Below the pieces are notes generated by a model. The model had not been told where the DNA came from, searched no databases, and saw nothing but the letters and a program-made list of their open reading frames with translations. The position numbers and the translations under genes are program-made. From assembly GCA_951804945.1 (NCBI GenBank), contig OX638152.1, forward strand, positions 55,366,001-55,430,000: a stretch of 64,000 nucleotides of DNA, written 5' to 3'. The stretch is from Podarcis cretensis (taxonomy: Eukaryota). The first letter of the stretch is position 1. Every line of letters starts with the position of its first letter. This document shows positions 12,700-25,012 of this stretch, in pieces.

Positions 12700-14095
12700 T
12701 GTCAACCACTAGGAGAATGTAACACTGGAAAGCACTTAAGGCACTACTCATTATAAGTAAAGATGGCAGAATGAGGCCTACAGATTGTGCTCATTGACAT
12801 CACAGAAACGACACATGTGCAAGGCTGACATGCTGGCAGATCTTTGCAGGGAGTATTCAAGACATATGAAGTACCTATTACGATAACGAAATCCAGCTGA
12901 AGTCCAGTTGTTTTTTTCAGATAGAACATCAGCTGGAAATGTTCTCTGCTGAACTATGGTATAACATTCAAAACTTTTCATGGCTTATATAAGTTATATA
13001 GCTATAGATATAGCAAATTACACAGGTGTTTTTTGTTTTTTTTAGCTGAATGGTTTTGAAAACCAAAGTTTCCCAAAGTATTGCACTTAAAGGGTTAATA
13101 GCCCGACACAAAATCTCTGATAGACAAATGTCATACAAAAGGAATCCTTGCCTCGGACAAGAATCTGCCACAGTTAAATTCTACCTGTCCTGCCCAAGTA
13201 ACCAGAAGTGGTTTTTTTTTTTAACCATATAACATTACAAAGAAAACGATTGTTTTGTAAACAGTTTCACAGTTTATCAGGAATCGTGTTGTAATTTTTC
13301 TGCCCTTATCCCCCCACCCCAGACCTATGGCTTTTTAGAGTCAGCTAAATCATCGCTTAAGAAAACAGTGAGGTACTCTAAACAGCTGCCAGTCTGGTAC
13401 AATGAGGAAATAGACATGCATTCATGGGGCAGTTATAAATGGGTGCCAAACTCTAATAAACATCTGGTGTTAGAAGAGAACTGCCTTCCTCATGATAGGT
13501 GGTTGGGTTTTTGTTTTGTTTTTTGCATCCCATTATTTTCTAAATTATATCTCTAAACCTACATTAATTACACACGTATGTACATTATTTAGAGGTTCTT
13601 TACTACAGTACTTTTGTACATGCTGGGTTTATTACTAAACTGAAAGAGAAAGAAAATACATAAGGCATATGTACAGTATCTCATTGAATTTCAGACCTTT
13701 CTCTTCACCTCCTTGGGCCTAAAAGCTGCAATGCAGGCATCTCATTCAAAACTGTCTTAGAATACAGTATATAAAAACTGGAGTTAAAGCTCAGGACGTG
13801 AATGGACTTCACTTACAGTCACTGTGTTTTGCTTTTGGCCCAGGTTAACAAACTTCTGCCCTTTATCTTAGAAACCAGCCCCAAACCACACACCTGCATG
13901 TGTGAACACTGAGCTCTCCAGCTGAAAAAATAGAACAAGGATAAGAGATTACATGGCAACATTGCAGGGATATTGCAGCTTTAACCCAAATCTTTGCTTG
14001 CCTTACGGGCAGGGAGGCTTGTCACACCTTAATCGGTCCTCCCTCTTTCCCCTTTTAAAGGAAGATTAGTGGTTCTCTGTCCCCACTGTGAAGTT
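12700..14095 (-). other. KCNJ6: KCNJ6 proximal 3' UTR (distal end not determinable)
   Basis: Follows the stop codon; repeat-poor and AT-rich; first sense AATAAA at 13628-13633. The UTR may extend much further. Confidence 0.6.
13628..13633 (-). promoter_or_regulatory. Candidate proximal polyadenylation signal AATAAA
   Basis: Plus-strand tttatt about 460 nt past the stop, with UGUA motifs nearby. Confidence 0.45.
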
Positions 14096-14421
14096 CTAAA
14101 CTTTGGACTCATTCTCTAAGTTGGCCACATCACCATTCCTTTCAGTTTGTTCTTCGTGGTTCTTGGTCTCCTCTTCAGTATCCATTTCGGCACGCTGGTC
14201 TAATTGGCTGGACACAGACCAAGTGAGGGGTAATTCTGCACGGCTGGCCATCTCTGCCAGTTCTTTGGCACTGTAAGATGGTGTATTGGTCTCATATGTA
14301 TCATGAAAGCTATTGTAATCAACTTCATAAAATCCGTCCTCTAGCGTGAGAACAGGTGTAAAACGGTAACCCCACAGGATCTCACTGGTAACATAAGAAC
14401 TTCGGGCTTGACACGTCATCC
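14096..14421 (-). CDS. KCNJ6: KCNJ6 terminal coding exon (Kir3.2c-type C-terminus ending ESKV)
   Basis: Acceptor tttcttccccag|GG ATG completes the Gly codon started by the upstream exon. Translation [36 protein letters not shown]...[15 protein letters not shown] with TAG stop at 14096-14098; 326 bp. Confidence 0.97.
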
Positions 14422-14901
14422 CTGGGGAAGAAAGGAAAGAGAAATCAGAAGCAACATGGCTCCTAGCAGGTCTGTTGTATGTTAAAGCTATGGTGCACAC
14501 ATAGCTATGATGGACAGGAACGTCATGCTAGATATGCAACACTAAATTTGCTGCACTGACAACCTATTAGTATGTGAAAATAATGATATAATAGTGAGTT
14601 TAGCTGGCCAATTTTATTGTATCCCTTTCCCCTTTTTTCCATTACTGTATTATGATATCAGTTCAAAATTCTCTCTTCAGTGCAGTTCTCTTCCCCTTCC
14701 CCAGTTGAACTCAACAAATATTTTCCCATTGGAAAATGGCTAGCAAAACGTTTGAGACCTTTAAAAAACAAAAAACCCCAAACACCTTATTTATCATTAT
14801 GGTAATTTACCAATTCCCAAATGAAGAAGAAGTGGAATATACTTGGTGCCTCCAGGCTAATGGTTTTAGTGGATGCCTTTGCTAAAAGAATTGAGCTATA
14901 A

Positions 14902-15219
14902 CAGGGATGTCCAACCGCTTGACCATGATTGACAGGTGGATCCCTGGGTGATATCTGCCCTGCCCCCTCGCTCTGTCCTTCATTTGCGCAAAAATGGAAG
15001 ATGGTGGTATTGCTGCCCAGTTTATTGTTTGGTGAGCGATTTATGCCCCCCCAAAGAAGCTCAAGAACTTTGGTGCCCCCCCTAAAATTAGCTCATTAGC
15101 TTTGCCCTGGCCCCCTAAAAAAGCTCAACAACTTTGGGTCCTCCCCCCCATGGGTAGATCACTGCTAGTTTTTTAATTCTGGGAGCAGATTGCAGTCTCT
15201 TGGGAGTTGGACGTCCCTG
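14902..15219. mobile_element. hAT-type MITE
   Basis: TIRs CAGGGATGTCCAAC / GTTGGACGTCCCTG; degenerate TSD AGCTATAA / AACCATAA. Confidence 0.8.
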
Positions 15220-15871
15220 AACCATAAGATTCATCTATTCCCCCTTGCCCTGCTCCTGCATCTACAGTGGCTTAGAGGATCCCTGAATTTTCTGGAGCAA
15301 TTTTTTCCAGGTAGGGCCCATGCCCTGCCCCACTTAGTGGAAGATTCTGCTCCATCAAAACCCTTCTGTGAGCACCAAGACAACACTTGGCTTCTACTCA
15401 CAGTGTTTAACTCCCTGAGTCTTCATTATCTACCATCACTTTCAACTAAAGATGAGAAATTTATCCACAATGCTTCATTTTTTAAGGCATGGATCTAGTT
15501 TTTACCCCATCCTGAGGTCTCTGGACAAATATTTATGCATTTATAAAAATACCACAATTTCATTAAAAAATGCAAAGCATTTTTCAACTATACATATTTA
15601 TAATAGAAACCATGTAAAAAATAAAAAGGAGATATCAGCAAACTATCACATAACATTCTTTCTCAATTTCTGCATAAGCCTGGCAGCGTAAAATACCGTA
15701 CTTCTTAAAAAGTATGAAAATTAATACTTTTATTCTTATAGCATACATCATTTCCTCTCACCTGTTGTACCAGTCATTGTTTCAAAAGGCCTGTCAATGG
15801 AAAGGCAACCTCAAAGTTACAGAATCAGACAACTTTGAAGGTTGCTCCAGAAAATCTCAAGGACGTAACAC

Positions 15872-16018
15872 CAGTGGCGTAGCGTGGGGGATGCAGGGGG
15901 GGCCGGCCGCACCGGGCGCAACATCTGGGGGTTAGGGTTAGGGGGCGCAAATCCACGGGTTAGGGGGCGCAAATTACTTGCCTTGCCCTGGGGGCTGACA
16001 ACCCATGCTACGCCCCTG
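15872..16018. mobile_element. 147-bp hAT-type MITE containing TTAGGG units
   Basis: TIRs CAGTGGCGTAGCGTGGG / CCCATGCTACGCCCCTG; perfect TSD CGTAACAC at 15864-15871 and 16019-16026. Confidence 0.92.
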
Positions 16019-17663
16019 CGTAACACATTTGCATCCAAAAGTTTAACACAGGATTCCTAATGGTTCCCAAAACAACCATTCTGGTGTCTTGGTCTTTGTC
16101 CTGAAAAGGACTCTCAAGTAATGTCTTCAAAAGAATTATCATAGAAGTGAAACGCTGGCAGGCAGGCAGGCAGGTGCAGCTCATGTGCAGTTTTAGATTG
16201 CTGCTCCTGATCCCAGAACCCTGAGCCCAGGCCTTCTCCCCGATAAACATTTCAGGAACCTGAAGCCCCTCTCTGGAGTTGGTTTGATTCTTCCTTCATT
16301 ATGGGCTCCTTGGGTAACTGGACTAATTTCTGCTCTTCTCCCTTTGCTGATTATACGCTGTCACTTTGCTAGACTAAAACTTGGCTTCCTTACTGACAAG
16401 ACAGGACATCTGTCATTGTTCTTTGGCAGGAGCCAGGCCCAGGCCTGTCTAGCCAGCCTTTGGCTTCTCCTCAAACCATGCTCCTTCCTAAATCATTAAA
16501 TCATGTCCCTAGCTGGCTCCACTGTGCACCCTTGAGTGGTTTTGCCTGAATGGAATGTATCCTGGAACTGAGTATGCCTGGATATGCCTGCAGAAAACTC
16601 TGGGAATTGTAGCTCTGTGAGGGGCAAACTACAGTTCCCAGGATTATTTGGGGAGGAAATGTGCTTTCAGTGCATGATATGGTGGGTACGCAGCCTGACA
16701 AGTGTCTGAGAAAGACTATTGAAACCAATAGGCTACAGGTAGCAGTGGGGAGGGTGTTGCCTTTGTGGCATATATAAATAGATTGCTCCTCACATTATAT
16801 GTATAATGTTCAATGTTTTAATGGGTGTGATCAGCAGCATATTACTCCTGTCTTGCTATTTCTAAAATCTAAAGGAGCATGATATAAGGAACAGAGATCA
16901 AGATAAGATCTCAGATACATTGTCACCTGCGAAGTGGAACGTTTCTCAGGTAAGTTGCATCTGCCCCCCCCCCCCGAAAAATCCATGTGGATTTTGAGTC
17001 TGACACATCATCCCTTTGTGTGTATTCCTCCTAACGTGATCCCGTGGAAGAAAAAAATGTTGCCTTGCAAGGAAAAGGCCTGGAGAATAAACAAAGATGT
17101 CTTTTCCTTTGAACCAACTCATTTGGAATGAAAAGCAGTGGGGAGAAACAAACAAACGGGACTTCAGGTTCATGTATTCAGGAGGAGATCTGGAGTCATT
17201 TTTAAGAACTCCAAAGAAGAAGAGAATACAAAAGGCAAAATGTGGTGAGTTAACTGTCCTTTTAAAACCCCAGATGCAGAAGAGGAAATATTCAGCTAGA
17301 GATGCCAGGAAGAATAATCTTACTAAATGATGTATTTCTATTAGTACTATGGTATTTTTTATGTCTCCTCTTTCAAATCAAAGATTCTATTTTTTTTAAG
17401 GGGGGAGAGGGTAAATGTCCAGTGTTCCCTTAAAATCCACCTTCGCGTCTAACATGGCTGCATCTGTCTATGGTTGGTGATGAGGTCACGGAGGAGCTAA
17501 TGCCAAATTGGTGTCAAAGAACGGCTGCTGCCATCACCTCTGAACTCCATGACTGACAATGACTTCTCTAAACAATTTCCTGTGAGGGTATGCAGCCAAC
17601 AATACTCCATGCTGAATGTGCTGTGATGTGACCTGATGACAACTATCATAGTTACATGGGGAA

Positions 17664-17844
17664 GGGCCGTACCTCAGCGGTAGAGCAACTTATTTGCAGG
17701 CAGTCAGCTCCCAGCATCTCTGGGCAGGGCTAGGAATGTCCCTTCCCTGCAACCTTGGAGGAGCCACCACCAGCTACTGTAGACAATACCAAGGTAGATG
17801 GACCAATAGTCGGACTCGTTATAAAGCAGCTTCCTATGTTCCTA
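17664..17844 (+). mobile_element. Squam3-like tRNA-derived SINE
   Basis: Head GGGCCGTACCTCAGCGGTAGAGCA; tail GTAGACAATAC...AGATGGACCAAT...GCAGCTTCCTATGTTCCTA. Confidence 0.75.
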
Positions 17845-20538
17845 TCATTGTTGTGGAGTGAAGAAAGTCAAGTGGTCCAAGACAATGAATCAGAGAATAC
17901 AGAGATCTCTGTGTGATCATGTAATCACATTTAATGTCACTGGATTTCACCACCATAAACAGATGGACATTTTGAGATGTGTCCAAAATAGGATCTACAA
18001 TTGGGGTGGCTACTTATCCACCACCAATAAAAATGGACCAGTTCTGCATTAGGTGACTTATATATAAAGATGCACATTTAGAAATGATGGCTGTAGATTA
18101 CCTCTCCCCTGAGTGGAGAAGACTGTGACTAGGTGCCATGTTCTCTCTTCAGTTTGTTGACAGGCAGATTCAAGTCCCTTGTCTCCCTTCTTCTGATTCT
18201 TTAAACTGGCCTTGGACTGGACAACCCTAACCAGAGGACTCCTACAAAGAGAGGATTGTCCTCTGATGCAGCCCTCTGAAATGGAGGCCTGCCCTTTGTA
18301 AAGTAGGACACATGGTGAGCTCTGCTACAATGGTTGCACTTGGTAAGACTGGATACAAACATGGATGAGTTGTTTCAACTCAGCTGTAACTTTTGTGACT
18401 CTTTAGAGATTGTCATATTGCCCTGTTATTTCTAGATTAAATTAAACTATTTTTTTAAAAAAAACAACCAACTGAGTTAATATACCTTGGAGAAGGAGGA
18501 ACTTTAAATAGCATTTTAAAGCTATTTGATGTAATCTTGGCACAGTTATTTATTTATTATTTAGATTCCTACTTCATAATTCAAATAAAACATTATCAGA
18601 ACTGCTGGCAATAAACTTAAAAACACAACTAAGTAATGAATACTTTTAAAAAAATAGAACTAAAACCAGCAACTCTATAAAACAGATCAGCATGAGTTTA
18701 CAAAAAAGGTCTGGGAAAATGGTTGAATATTTTGTTAGGGGGAAATGATGAGATATATAATATGTTTTGTACTGACACCTATGAAAGGTGTAGGGTGTTT
18801 TTTTATTACTATTTAAAAAAACCCTAACTAAATAAATAAATGGTATGTAGCTGCAGCTGCCTTTATTTTAAATAACATTTTTACATTTGTGGTACACTTG
18901 GTAACTGAGAGGGTTGACAAGATGTCACATTCATTATATCATACAGGTGGATTCCACATCATGTATAAATCTGTATGCAGGAACTGGGAGTGCTTAGTTT
19001 AAAGAGGCCACTGTAGATCAATAGCCAGAGACGCGCCCTCAGCTCAGTGTCACATCATGGCTGCTTCCTCTTCTGTTTGTGGTTCAGGACGTTACTGGAG
19101 CCCCTGCCTGGCTTTCATCAATTCCGTGGAGCGAAGTGCTTTGTTCAACCAGACAGATGTTAATGAGACATGATGTCTGGAAATGTAGCATAAAGCAAAG
19201 ACGTGCTCTTCCGCCCTAGATCGTTTGGATACATGGCAAGCGGTGAAATTTGCCATTTAGTAGGGTCAGTCAGGCAGCGCAGAGGCAACACTGCGGCTTT
19301 AAAGTGAGGGAAATGAATGACAAAGAGGTGTGTGCTCAGAAATGATCGCAGTGTGGGAAGCTGGCGTTCCCCAGGGAGGCGGAGCAAGGAGAGGCATAAG
19401 CAAAGGAAGAGAATGAAGGAAAGGGAACTATCTGGTTTTCAAAAAGTGGCTAGCGGAATCCTCAGAAGCTTGAGGATTACTAGGCTCTGCTCACTGAGCA
19501 GAGCAGTAATGGAAGGAAAGCTTCTCTGAAAGACAACTGCCCCTACAACCTGAAGGTGCTAGAGAGTGTTGTGTGATGGAGTGGGGAGAGGAAGAACTCA
19601 CCCTTGCATTGTTGGCAATGGTAAAGCTGCCCTTTATGAATCCTTTAAGAAATTTGCTTTCCTCACCACCTTACCTTTGGGGACCCAAACTCCACCCCCC
19701 CAAAAAAAAAAAACGAGTCAAAAGCGATTTGAGAAACTTCATCCTATCACTAGCTTCAGTTTTGGCACCAAAAATGAATAGAAGCAGGTAGGATGCAGCA
19801 GGGGAAAATGATACTGCCAGTCTTGCTTGCCTTTTCCCACTTCCCCTGCCTTCCTGAGATTTCATCATCAGTTGCTCGCACACTTTCAAGCCAGTCTTCA
19901 CAGTCTTAAGGACTTGGCGCTTCTAAATGCAAGGCAATATCTTCAGAATGATGAATCAGACCAAATCAGCACTATGTTCTCAGGGCCAATAATGACAGCA
20001 TAAGGGTTCTGACACCTGGCAATGCTTGATTGGCCACCTTACATATTTCTAGGGGGTTGACCGGCTGAGTCTGTCACAAGCTTTCCTAGTCACTTAATAA
20101 ATGGTTCTAGAGAAGAGTGAAGGGAGGAGCAACCAACCTTTTTGACATTAACTCCCCCCACCCCATCGCTTTGATTACTTGAATCCTTGGTGACCAGTCC
20201 TATTGGCGGGGTACAATTAAAACAACAATAACAACAACAACAGCAAAAACTTTTCACATACAAGTTATAACTGAACCACAAAGTGAAAAAATAAAATAAG
20301 GTTGTAATCTGAAATGTGCTAAGTTGAAAGATAACACCATGAAAAAGCAACAATGGGACTTACTATAATGAAGGTATGTTGGGGTGGGAGCATTAATGTG
20401 AAATGTATCATTATTTCTGTTTCAGAAAACTAACATGTGGAAGAAATCTGTTCTCTTATTCCAGTTGTACTTTGCCCAGTCTGTGAACCCCTCCATATTT
20501 TTTTTCTCTGGTGCTGCCACTGAGGCTCCAACCCCATA

Positions 20539-20764
20539 CAGTGGTACCTCAGGTTAAGTACTTAATTCGTTCCGGAGGTGCGTTCTTAACCTGAAACTGT
20601 TCTTAACCTGAAGCACCACTTTAGCTAATGGGGCCTCCTGCTGCTGCCGCGTCGCCGGAGCATGATTTCTGTTCTCATCCTGAAGCAAAGTTCTTAACCC
20701 GAGGTACTATTTCTGGGTTAGCGGAGTCAGTAACCTGAAGTGTATGTAACCCGAGGTACCACTG
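20539..20764. mobile_element. Tc1/mariner-type MITE
   Basis: TA|CAGTGGTACCTCAGGTTA...TAACCCGAGGTACCACTG|TA. Confidence 0.92.
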
Positions 20765-21245
20765 TACACATATACCTGGGAGTAAATCCCACTGAACTTG
20801 GTGGAACTTAATTCTGAGCAGCCATGCCTAGGATTGCACCAAGTGACTTTCTTTGGGAAGAATGCAGCATAATATCATGAAAGCAGCTAGATCGACACAA
20901 GTGCTCCTGCTTCTGTATGTGTGTAGGGGTAATGTGGCAAGGTGGGAAGAGGGTCTTAATTTCCTCTACCATCAGTGAAACATGGATTGAGGGGGCCTCT
21001 TGCCTGCCTTATTTTTCTGTATGAATTCTGTCTCATCTTCTCTCCAACTCTCTGGCGGGAATCCAGATAGCACAAGGCTCTTTTCATAAAAGCTTATTCC
21101 ACCCTTTGGCCCTGATTCAGGCCCCTGTTCCTCTCACTTTGGCTTCAGTGCAACCATTCCAAATAATTTGGAAGAAATTTTAGGGGAAGCTGAAAAGCAG
21201 TCTACAAAACATATGGAAGCACCTTCAGATTATCGCTCCCTATGG

Positions 21246-21702
21246 GAGGGGTCAGCAAACTTTTTCAGCAGGGGGCTGGTCCATTGTCCCTCATACCTTG
21301 TGGGGGGCCAGACTATATTTTTTGGGGAAAATGATGCAAGAGCACCACGAGCCCCGGTGGCTGCTTACCTGTGTCTTGCAAGCGGCAGGGGCTGGTGGAG
21401 GCGGCGGGACGATGAGTGGCAGGTGAAAGGGCTCCGGAGAGGGGCTGCTTAAAATGGTGGTCGCTCGAGCACTGCTGCTGCTGCTGGCACCAACAAAGCC
21501 CAGCAACCTTCCTCCTTTAGGCAGGGCAGGGAGAAGCCAGGAGGGAGGGAGGGAGGAGACACTGCCACTGCCGCCATGTGAGGGAGAGGGAAAGAACATG
21601 CGTGCTGTTGATCCACATGGCGATTCCCGGACTCTCCGTGGGCTGGATCCAGAAGGCAATTGGGCCTGATCCAGCCCGCGGACCTTAGTTTGCCGACCCA
21701 TG
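21246..21702. mobile_element. hAT-type element, same end family as 9663-9906, opposite orientation, different interior
   Basis: GAGGGGTCAGCAAACT...AGTTTGCCGACCCATG; degenerate TSD CCCTATGG / ACCTAAGG. Confidence 0.8.
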
Positions 21703-22194
21703 ACCTAAGGAACACTGAGATTGTTGCCATAGCCACCTTGTCTACATAGGTGTTGTAGACAGTGAAAATTACTATCAGCACAGTCCTAGATATGCCTACT
21801 TTAACATAAGACCCCTTGAGTTCAATCGGCAATCTCATCTTGGCTGTGAGTCCTGGAGGACCTGCTTCCTGCCCTGCAGGCCTTTTGGCCACCTGGCCTG
21901 GGAGAGGAGGGCCCTGACTGACTCCAGCTACAAAAGATGAGGCTGCAGAACAGACTATTGGGCTGAGGTGTTGGTTAGGTTTTTTTTTAATTGTTGGGGG
22001 GCGGAGTGGGTGAGACGGGGTTGTTGATGTTACTAAAATAATCTTTGGCATCTTTATTTTAGATCTTATGATTTATGTGGAAATGGTTCCGTTTGGTTGT
22101 GTGCTTTTTGATGTGCTTATTGTTATGACTACTTTTATTATATTTGTAATGCAAATCTTTTCATGCTGTAAGCCGCCTTGTGCATGGTTGTACC

Positions 22195-22371
22195 CAGTGC
22201 TTTTTTTTCCTAAAAAAAATGTTTAGGGGTACTCTCATTTTGACTCAAGAAAATAACCATTTTATAGTTAAAATTGGGAAAAATAAATACAGTAAATGGA
22301 CAAAAGTACGAAGATTCACAAAATGTTTAGGGGTATGCGTATCCTGCACCGCCCCCAAGAAAAAAACTCTG
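22195..22371. mobile_element. hAT-type MITE inserted in an L2/CR1-like 3' tail
   Basis: CAGTGCTTTTTTT...AAAAAAACTCTG; perfect TSD GTTGTACC at 22187-22194 and 22372-22379. Confidence 0.85.
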
Positions 22372-23239
22372 GTTGTACCTATGGAAAGGCTGCATACAAA
22401 TAACATGATGTATGTATGTATGTAATGGTGAGTATACTAGACAGCACTTCCACCTGCAACACTCACTCAAACTGAGCAGGGCTTGGGAGAGTGAACTTGA
22501 CGGTTATTAGTGGCACTTAACGGAGAAGGCATAAGAGAAAACATTGTCCCCTTTTTTGGTGCTAGCTAGTATTTATTGTGCTTTTCATGCTATTCCTCTG
22601 TTTTCTGAAGAAAGAGAGCGCATCGCAACCCAACTCCAGACAGCATTGTTCTTAATGACAACAGAAGTCAAGCAATTGCATAGTATCTTTCTCTGTGCTT
22701 TTATTATCGTTGCCAAAGCAATGCTAATTTGGGAAGTGTTGATATAGGGGTTGGCATTCTGAACCCATGGCTGAACTTGTCTATTTTTCATTATCCTGAC
22801 ATTACACTGTCAGTACTATGTGAAAATAAAAGGGCTGCAAGATTTAATGAATTGATTGGTGTGGTTAATTGATTAAAGTGTTGTTCTTTGATTAAAAATT
22901 CCTCAGTGTGATTTAAGAAGAAGAAGAAGATGAGGAGGAGGAGGAGGATCTGCACTTTATGAGAGGAAACTGCCAATCAATTTCACAGGATGATCCTATT
23001 GTCAACTGTTTCCTCTCTTAGCAGTTAGAATAATTACAGACATTTTCTGTTGTCACAGTAAATAGCTAATGGATGCATGTAGACAGATAGAAGAGTTTTC
23101 TGTGGCCCATGTAATTTCATTGAACTTTGGCACTGGATTCCATTGTTACTGATATTGTGCTTTCAGGACTTCAGGAATCCTCAGTGGACAAAAAGACCTA
23201 GAATTTTTGGAACTTCAGTTTAGCTAAAATAATGACTTC

Positions 23240-23730
23240 CTAAAGCAGAGACATCACCTTGCCAACAAAGGTCCATATAGTTAAAGCTATAGTTTTCCCA
23301 GTAGTGATGTATGGAAGTGAGAGCTGGACCATAAAGAAGGCTGATTGCTGAAGAAATGATGCTTTTGAATTAGGGTGCTGGAGGAGAATCTTGAGAGTCC
23401 CATGGACTGCAAGAAGATCAAACGCATCCATTCTGAAGGAAATCAGCCCTGAGTGCTCACTGGAAGGACAGATCCTGAAGCTGTGACTCCAATACTTTGG
23501 CCACCTCATGAGAAGAGAAGACTCCCTGGAAAAGACCCTGATGTTGGGAAAGATTGAGGACACAAGGAGAAGGGGACGACAGAGGACGAGATGGTTGGAT
23601 AGTGTTCTCAAAGCTACCAGCATGAGTTTGACCAAACTGCGGGAGGCAGTGGAAGACAGGAGTGCCTGGTGTGCTCTGGTCCATGGGGTCACAAAGAGTC
23701 GGACACAACTAAACAACTAATCAACAACAA
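23240..23730 (+). mobile_element. Bov-B (RTE clade) LINE 3' fragment
   Basis: Degenerate ORF end ...REDSLEKTLMLGKIEDTRRRGRQRTRWLDSVL...WCALVHGVTKSRTQLNN, followed by a CAA-rich tail. Confidence 0.92.
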
Positions 23731-24315
23731 AAATATAATCTGAACTATACCATAGAATTTATTTGGTATTTCCCTGTAGTTATTGACATGGACTGATTAT
23801 CATAACGTGAAAATTACCTTTGTCATCTGAGGGGTGGTAAAGGAAATTTAACTGTCAGCAGGGAGGAGACAATTAGCAGACTTCAGAGAAGCAGTGGGAC
23901 AGTTAAGACGTGGTTGCAAGAGAATAAGTAGGAAATGATGGATAGATCAGATCAAGCTACAATAAGCATACGGTGAAACTGAACAACAAATTACCATGAG
24001 ATGCTGATGTGCTGTCTGCTGAGATTATGTGAACAAAGCAGTGAGAAAGGTTTAATACCAGCCTTATAAGATCTCCTCCTTGAGATGATGGATACAGTTA
24101 TCCATACTTTTGATTGCAAAGAATTTTTTTTGCATATGTTCCAGTTATTGTTGTGTGCTCAACATTTATTAGCAAATTGTGTGAATTTTGAGTATTGTAG
24201 CAATGTTTCATGTGTTGCTTTAATGCCACTTACAAAGCATATCAGTGGGAAATCAGGGACAAAAACTCCAACATGATAGTGTGCTATTGATTTGTTCCAT
24301 ACTACACATCACTCT

Positions 24316-24625
24316 GGGACGTGGGTGGTGCTGTGGGTTAAACCACAAAGCGTAGGACTTGCCGATCAGAAGGTCGGCGGTTCGAATCCCTGCGACGGGG
24401 TGAGCTCCCGTTGCTCGGTCCCTGCTCCTGCCAACCTAGCAGTTCAAAAGCACATTAAAGTGCAAGTGCACTGCTCTGGTTCGCCAGAAGCGGCTTAGTC
24501 ATGCTGGCCACATCACCCGGAAGCTGTATGCTGGCTCCCCCAGCCTGTAAAGCGAGATGAGCGCCGCAACCCCAGAGTTGGCCACGACTGGACCTAATGG
24601 TCAGGGGTCCCTTTACCTTTACTTT
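24316..24625 (+). mobile_element. Sauria SINE with internal deletion
   Basis: GGGACG head, B-box GGTTCGAATCC, ACCTTT tail; 13-bp TSD TACACATCACTCT at 24303-24315 and 24626-24638. Confidence 0.92.
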
Positions 24626-24761
24626 TACACATCACTCTAGTCAGTTGTGTCATGAGTTCTGATGCAGAAATAATCAGAACATCAGTTTCATTTCATACTG
24701 TTTAGTAATACACTATTGGGTTTACTCTGCAAGCAAGCGGGTACCAATTGGCTCTCACCAA

Positions 24762-25012
24762 CAGTGGAACCTTGGTTCTCGAACTTAATCCATTCCGGGA
24801 GTCTGTACGACTCCCGAAACAGTTTGAAAACCAAGGCACGGTTTCTGATTGGCTGCAGGAGCTTCCTGCACTCAATCAGAAGCCACGGAAGCCAAGTCGG
24901 ACATTTGGCTTCTGAAAAACGTTTGCAAACTGGAACACTTACTTCCGGGTTTGTGGCATTCAGGAGCTGATTTGTTTCGGAGCCAAGCCGTTCAGGAACC
25001 AAGGTACCACTG
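24762..25012. mobile_element. Tc1/mariner-type MITE
   Basis: CAGTGGAACCTTGGTTC...GAACCAAGGTACCACTG|TA; homologous to 51388-51627 in opposite orientation. Confidence 0.85.
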
